From contig CAWGKG010000008.1 in NCBI GenBank assembly GCA_963823035.1, forward strand, positions 96,001 to 160,000: a DNA stretch of 64,000 nucleotides. Reading direction: 5' to 3'. The notes beneath the pieces are model-generated. The model did no database searches. It was not told the DNA's origin and saw nothing but the letters and a program-made list of their open reading frames with translations. Position 1 is the stretch's first letter. Each line of letters opens with the position of its first letter. The position numbers and the translations under genes were made by a program. Positions 62,016 to 64,000 of the stretch are shown here, one piece after another. The stretch comes from an uncultured Gemmatimonadales bacterium (GTDB taxonomy: Bacteria > Gemmatimonadota > Gemmatimonadetes > Longimicrobiales > Gaopeijiaceae).

Positions 62016-62626
62016 GACTGTCCTCCTTCCGAAACCACGACCACCGAGGTCGGCGCTCCGAAGTCCGAGTCGGGTGCGCGGGGCGCGAACGCGTCCGGCA
62101 TCCAGACGTCGTCGACGAGGAAGGCGTAGACGTGCCGCCCCGGGGTCAGGTGCACGTCCACCGACCACACCCCCGAGGGGGCGGTCCGGGCCAGGTGGGT
62201 CGTGCGCGCCTGCCAGTCGTTGAAGTCCCCGACGAGCGACACGGAGGTGGCGCCCGGCGCGACGAAGACGAACTGGACGGATCGCCCGGCCGTGGCGGCG
62301 GCGGGAGCGTCCGGGCGGGACCTCGGGTAGGCCAGCGAGGTGAGGAGGACGGCGAGGACGACGAGGGTCGCCGCCGCGGCGGTCCCGGCCAGCGGGCTCA
62401 GGCGTACCGTGCGGGGGTCGGTCAGCCACCCCCACGCCATGGCGATCGGTCCGGGGCGGAGCCGACGTGGGTGGCGTGCCGTGCGGGCGTGCTCCTCCCG
62501 GACCCGCGCCATGACCCGGTCGCGCGCACCCTCCGGTTCCGCGGGTTGGCGACGGGCCGCCTCGACGAGGGCTTCCAGGCCCCGGGCGGTGTCCCCTCCG
62601 TCCACAACGTCCTCGTCATCGATCAT
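62012..62626 (-). CDS. Putative anti-sigma factor with a TM helix and a C-terminal CBM48 (isoamylase early-set) domain
   Basis: RDRVMARV cytoplasmic helix, TM LAGTAAAATLVVLAVLL, then VQFVFVAPGATSVSLVGDFNDW...GRHVYAFLVD...DFG. Confidence 0.85.
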   Translation of the reverse strand: MIDDEDVVDGGDTARGLEALVEAARRQPAEPEGARDRVMARVREEHARTARHPRRLRPGPIAMAWGWLTDPRTVRLSPLAGTAAAATLVVLAVLLTSLAYPRSRPDAPAAATAGRSVQFVFVAPGATSVSLVGDFNDWQARTTHLARTAPSGVWSVDVHLTPGRHVYAFLVDDVWMPDAFAPRAPDSDFGAPTSVVVVSEGGQS

Positions 62627-63145
62627 CGAGCGCCTCCTGGAGGCTGCCGCGTAGCGCGGCGCAGGCACGTGACACGCGCATCTTGAGGGCGGAGACGCCG
62701 TTTCCGGTCACCTCCGCCATCTCCTCGTAGCTGAGCTCTTCCATGTGCTTGAGCAGAAAGGCCTCGCGCAGCAGGGGCGGGAGACCGGACAACGCCGCGG
62801 TCAGCTCGTCGCGCCAGAGGACCCGCTCCTCCTCCGACGACGCCGTCGGTACCGCCGCTCCCCGGGGAGCGGGGGCGGACGGCGACGCCGCGCCGCCGAG
62901 CGACACCGGTTCAGGAGGATGCGGAACAGCCACTCCCGGAAGCGTCCCTCGTCGCGGTAGCGGGGTAGCGCACGATACGCGCGGATGAAGCTCTCCTGGA
63001 CGGCATCCTCGGCCTCGTCGGCCTCGAGGAGCATGCGCAGGGCGTAGCGATAGCACCCGGCGTGGTAGCGGTCGACGAGGACCGCGAACGCATCCACGTC
63101 GCCCGAGCGCACACGCCGAACGACTTCGCTGTCCTGGAGGTTCAC
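62616..63145 (-). CDS. ECF RNA polymerase sigma factor; frameshift near 62890
   Basis: GDVDAFAVLVDRY, AEDAVQESFIRAY, FREWLFRILLNRC, and sigma4 region LSYEEMAEVTG...LKMRVSRA. Confidence 0.93.
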
Positions 63146-63153
63146 GTGGAAGA

Positions 63154-63181
63154 AACCCTCCGTGCGGGGCTTCCGTCACAT
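63154..63181 (-). promoter_or_regulatory. Candidate ECF autoregulatory promoter (leaderless)
   Basis: ATGTGACGG-N14-GGGTT, ending 8 nt before GTG 63145. Confidence 0.55.
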
Positions 63182-63261
63182 GCCGAGGCGGCCGGTGGCG
63201 GAAGCGGGGGCTGCGACGTCGTCGCGACGGGGCGTCGGCCGGCCGGACCGGCGCCCCCCCG

Positions 63262-63289
63262 ATGTGACGGCGACGGAGCCGGCGGGGTT
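63262..63289 (+). promoter_or_regulatory. Second copy of the candidate ECF promoter, facing the divergent lipoprotein gene
   Basis: ATGTGACGG-N14-GGGTT with identical spacing. Confidence 0.55.
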
Positions 63290-63336
63290 GTGTGGGTAGT
63301 GAGCGTCAGAACGCGTGCGGCGACAGGAGGGGAGAG

Positions 63337-64000
63337 ATGGCCCGGCGGAGTGTGGTGGGGATCTGTGCCGTGGTGGTGGTGGGGTGGGTCCAGGCGGGCT
63401 GCGAGGATCCGGCGGGCGTCTCCCCGGATGCGACCTTCGCGCTCGTCGACGACCGCGTGGTCATCGCGGTCGGCGACCAGCTCACGCTCGACATGGAGGG
63501 GATGGACCAGGGGCGGGCGCTCGACCGCCGCGACGTGACGTGGACGAGCAGCGATCCGACGACGGTCGACGTGGACGACGGCGTCATCCGTGCCAGGGCC
63601 CCGGGCGTGGTCCTCGTCCGGGGCGAGGCGGGGCGGGCGAGGGACTCGGTGCGCGTGAGGGTTCGCCTTCGCGACCTCGAGGGGGGGCAGGTGGCGGCGC
63701 GGGTGCAGGGCTCGTCGGACGCGGGGGCGGACCGCTTCCGGGGCATTGCGTCCGTCAACGAGTCGCTCATCGGCGCGTTCCCCACGTTCTCCACCATCCG
63801 ACAGCTGTCGGGCGAGCTCGGGGACCCCGAGACCTTCCAGATGGAGCTCAACATGCCGGGGACCCCCGAGGTGGGCGAGACCCTCCTGGGGGCCGCGAAG
63901 GTCATCGAGCTCGACGGGCACCTCGCTGATCTCGCTGGGCCAGGCGGGTGGCGTGGTTCTCTATCGGCCGGTCGAGGCGAGCCCGATGCGCTACGAGGCG
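63337..64000 (+). CDS. Lipoprotein with an Ig-like (Big_2) domain (runs off the right edge)
   Basis: SD AGGAGG. MARRSVVGICAVVVVGWVQAGC lipobox and VTWTSSDPTTVDVDDGVIRARAPG. Absent from the ORF track because there is no stop in the window. Confidence 0.78.
   Translation, partial: MARRSVVGICAVVVVGWVQAGCEDPAGVSPDATFALVDDRVVIAVGDQLTLDMEGMDQGRALDRRDVTWTSSDPTTVDVDDGVIRARAPGVVLVRGEAGRARDSVRVRVRLRDLEGGQVAARVQGSSDAGADRFRGIASVNESLIGAFPTFSTIRQLSGELGDPETFQMELNMPGTPEVGETLLGAAKVIELDGHLADLAGPGGWRGSLSAGRGEPDALRG

Noticed and set aside
56169..62129. 1986-aa plus-strand ORF
   Set aside because: It is the antisense shadow of the VIT1, M14 and CBM48 genes. High-GC codon bias removes stops, and there are no recognisable domains.
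1952..63145. Programmed frameshifting or mass pseudogenisation as the cause of split genes
   Set aside because: I saw no consistent slippery motif, the breaks hit unrelated genes, and active sites are intact. Sequencing error is the simpler explanation.
1..64000. tRNA, rRNA, CRISPR, IS, integrase, prophage or anti-phage defence genes
   Set aside because: I recognised none by eye. Intergenic gaps are short and explained by promoters and hairpins; a tRNAscan or cmscan run would be needed to exclude small RNAs.

Overview
This is very GC-rich bacterial chromosomal DNA. It is most likely Gemmatimonadota; that is an inference from codon bias, the PadR/ADOP permease pair, the many secreted peptidases and lineage-typical hypothetical proteins. 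I find about 58 protein-coding genes and no rRNA, tRNA, CRISPR array, transposase or phage gene. About 20 genes are split by small frameshifts, which points to an unpolished long-read assembly rather than real pseudogenes. Housekeeping and metabolic genes include xdhC x2, a mocA-like gene, fadB, an M23 peptidase, metG, ricT, accA, mtgA, tag, tctCBA, a GH27 alpha-galactosidase, cytochrome c peroxidase, several MFS and antiporter genes, and S9/M14/M15/M20 peptidases. Four candidate systems stand out. (1) An orphan, shortened EF-Ts paralogue (48587-49048) lies behind a consensus sigma70 promoter and a roughly 260-nt highly structured leader containing uORFs and a perfect 15-bp hairpin, which suggests translation-sensing attenuation. 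(2) An operon encodes an ECF sigma factor, a CBM48 anti-sigma, a periplasmic protein and a CBM48 beta-barrel protein, and a promoter motif (ATGTGACGG-N14-GGGTT) is repeated divergently beside it; this may be an alpha-glucan trans-envelope sensor. (3) A cytochrome c-beta-barrel fusion is paired with a pentaheme cytochrome, a possible outer-membrane electron conduit. (4) An LVIVD protein, a His-Met-Cys-tailed protein and a multicopper oxidase form an operon. All family assignments come from motif recognition by eye, not from database searches.
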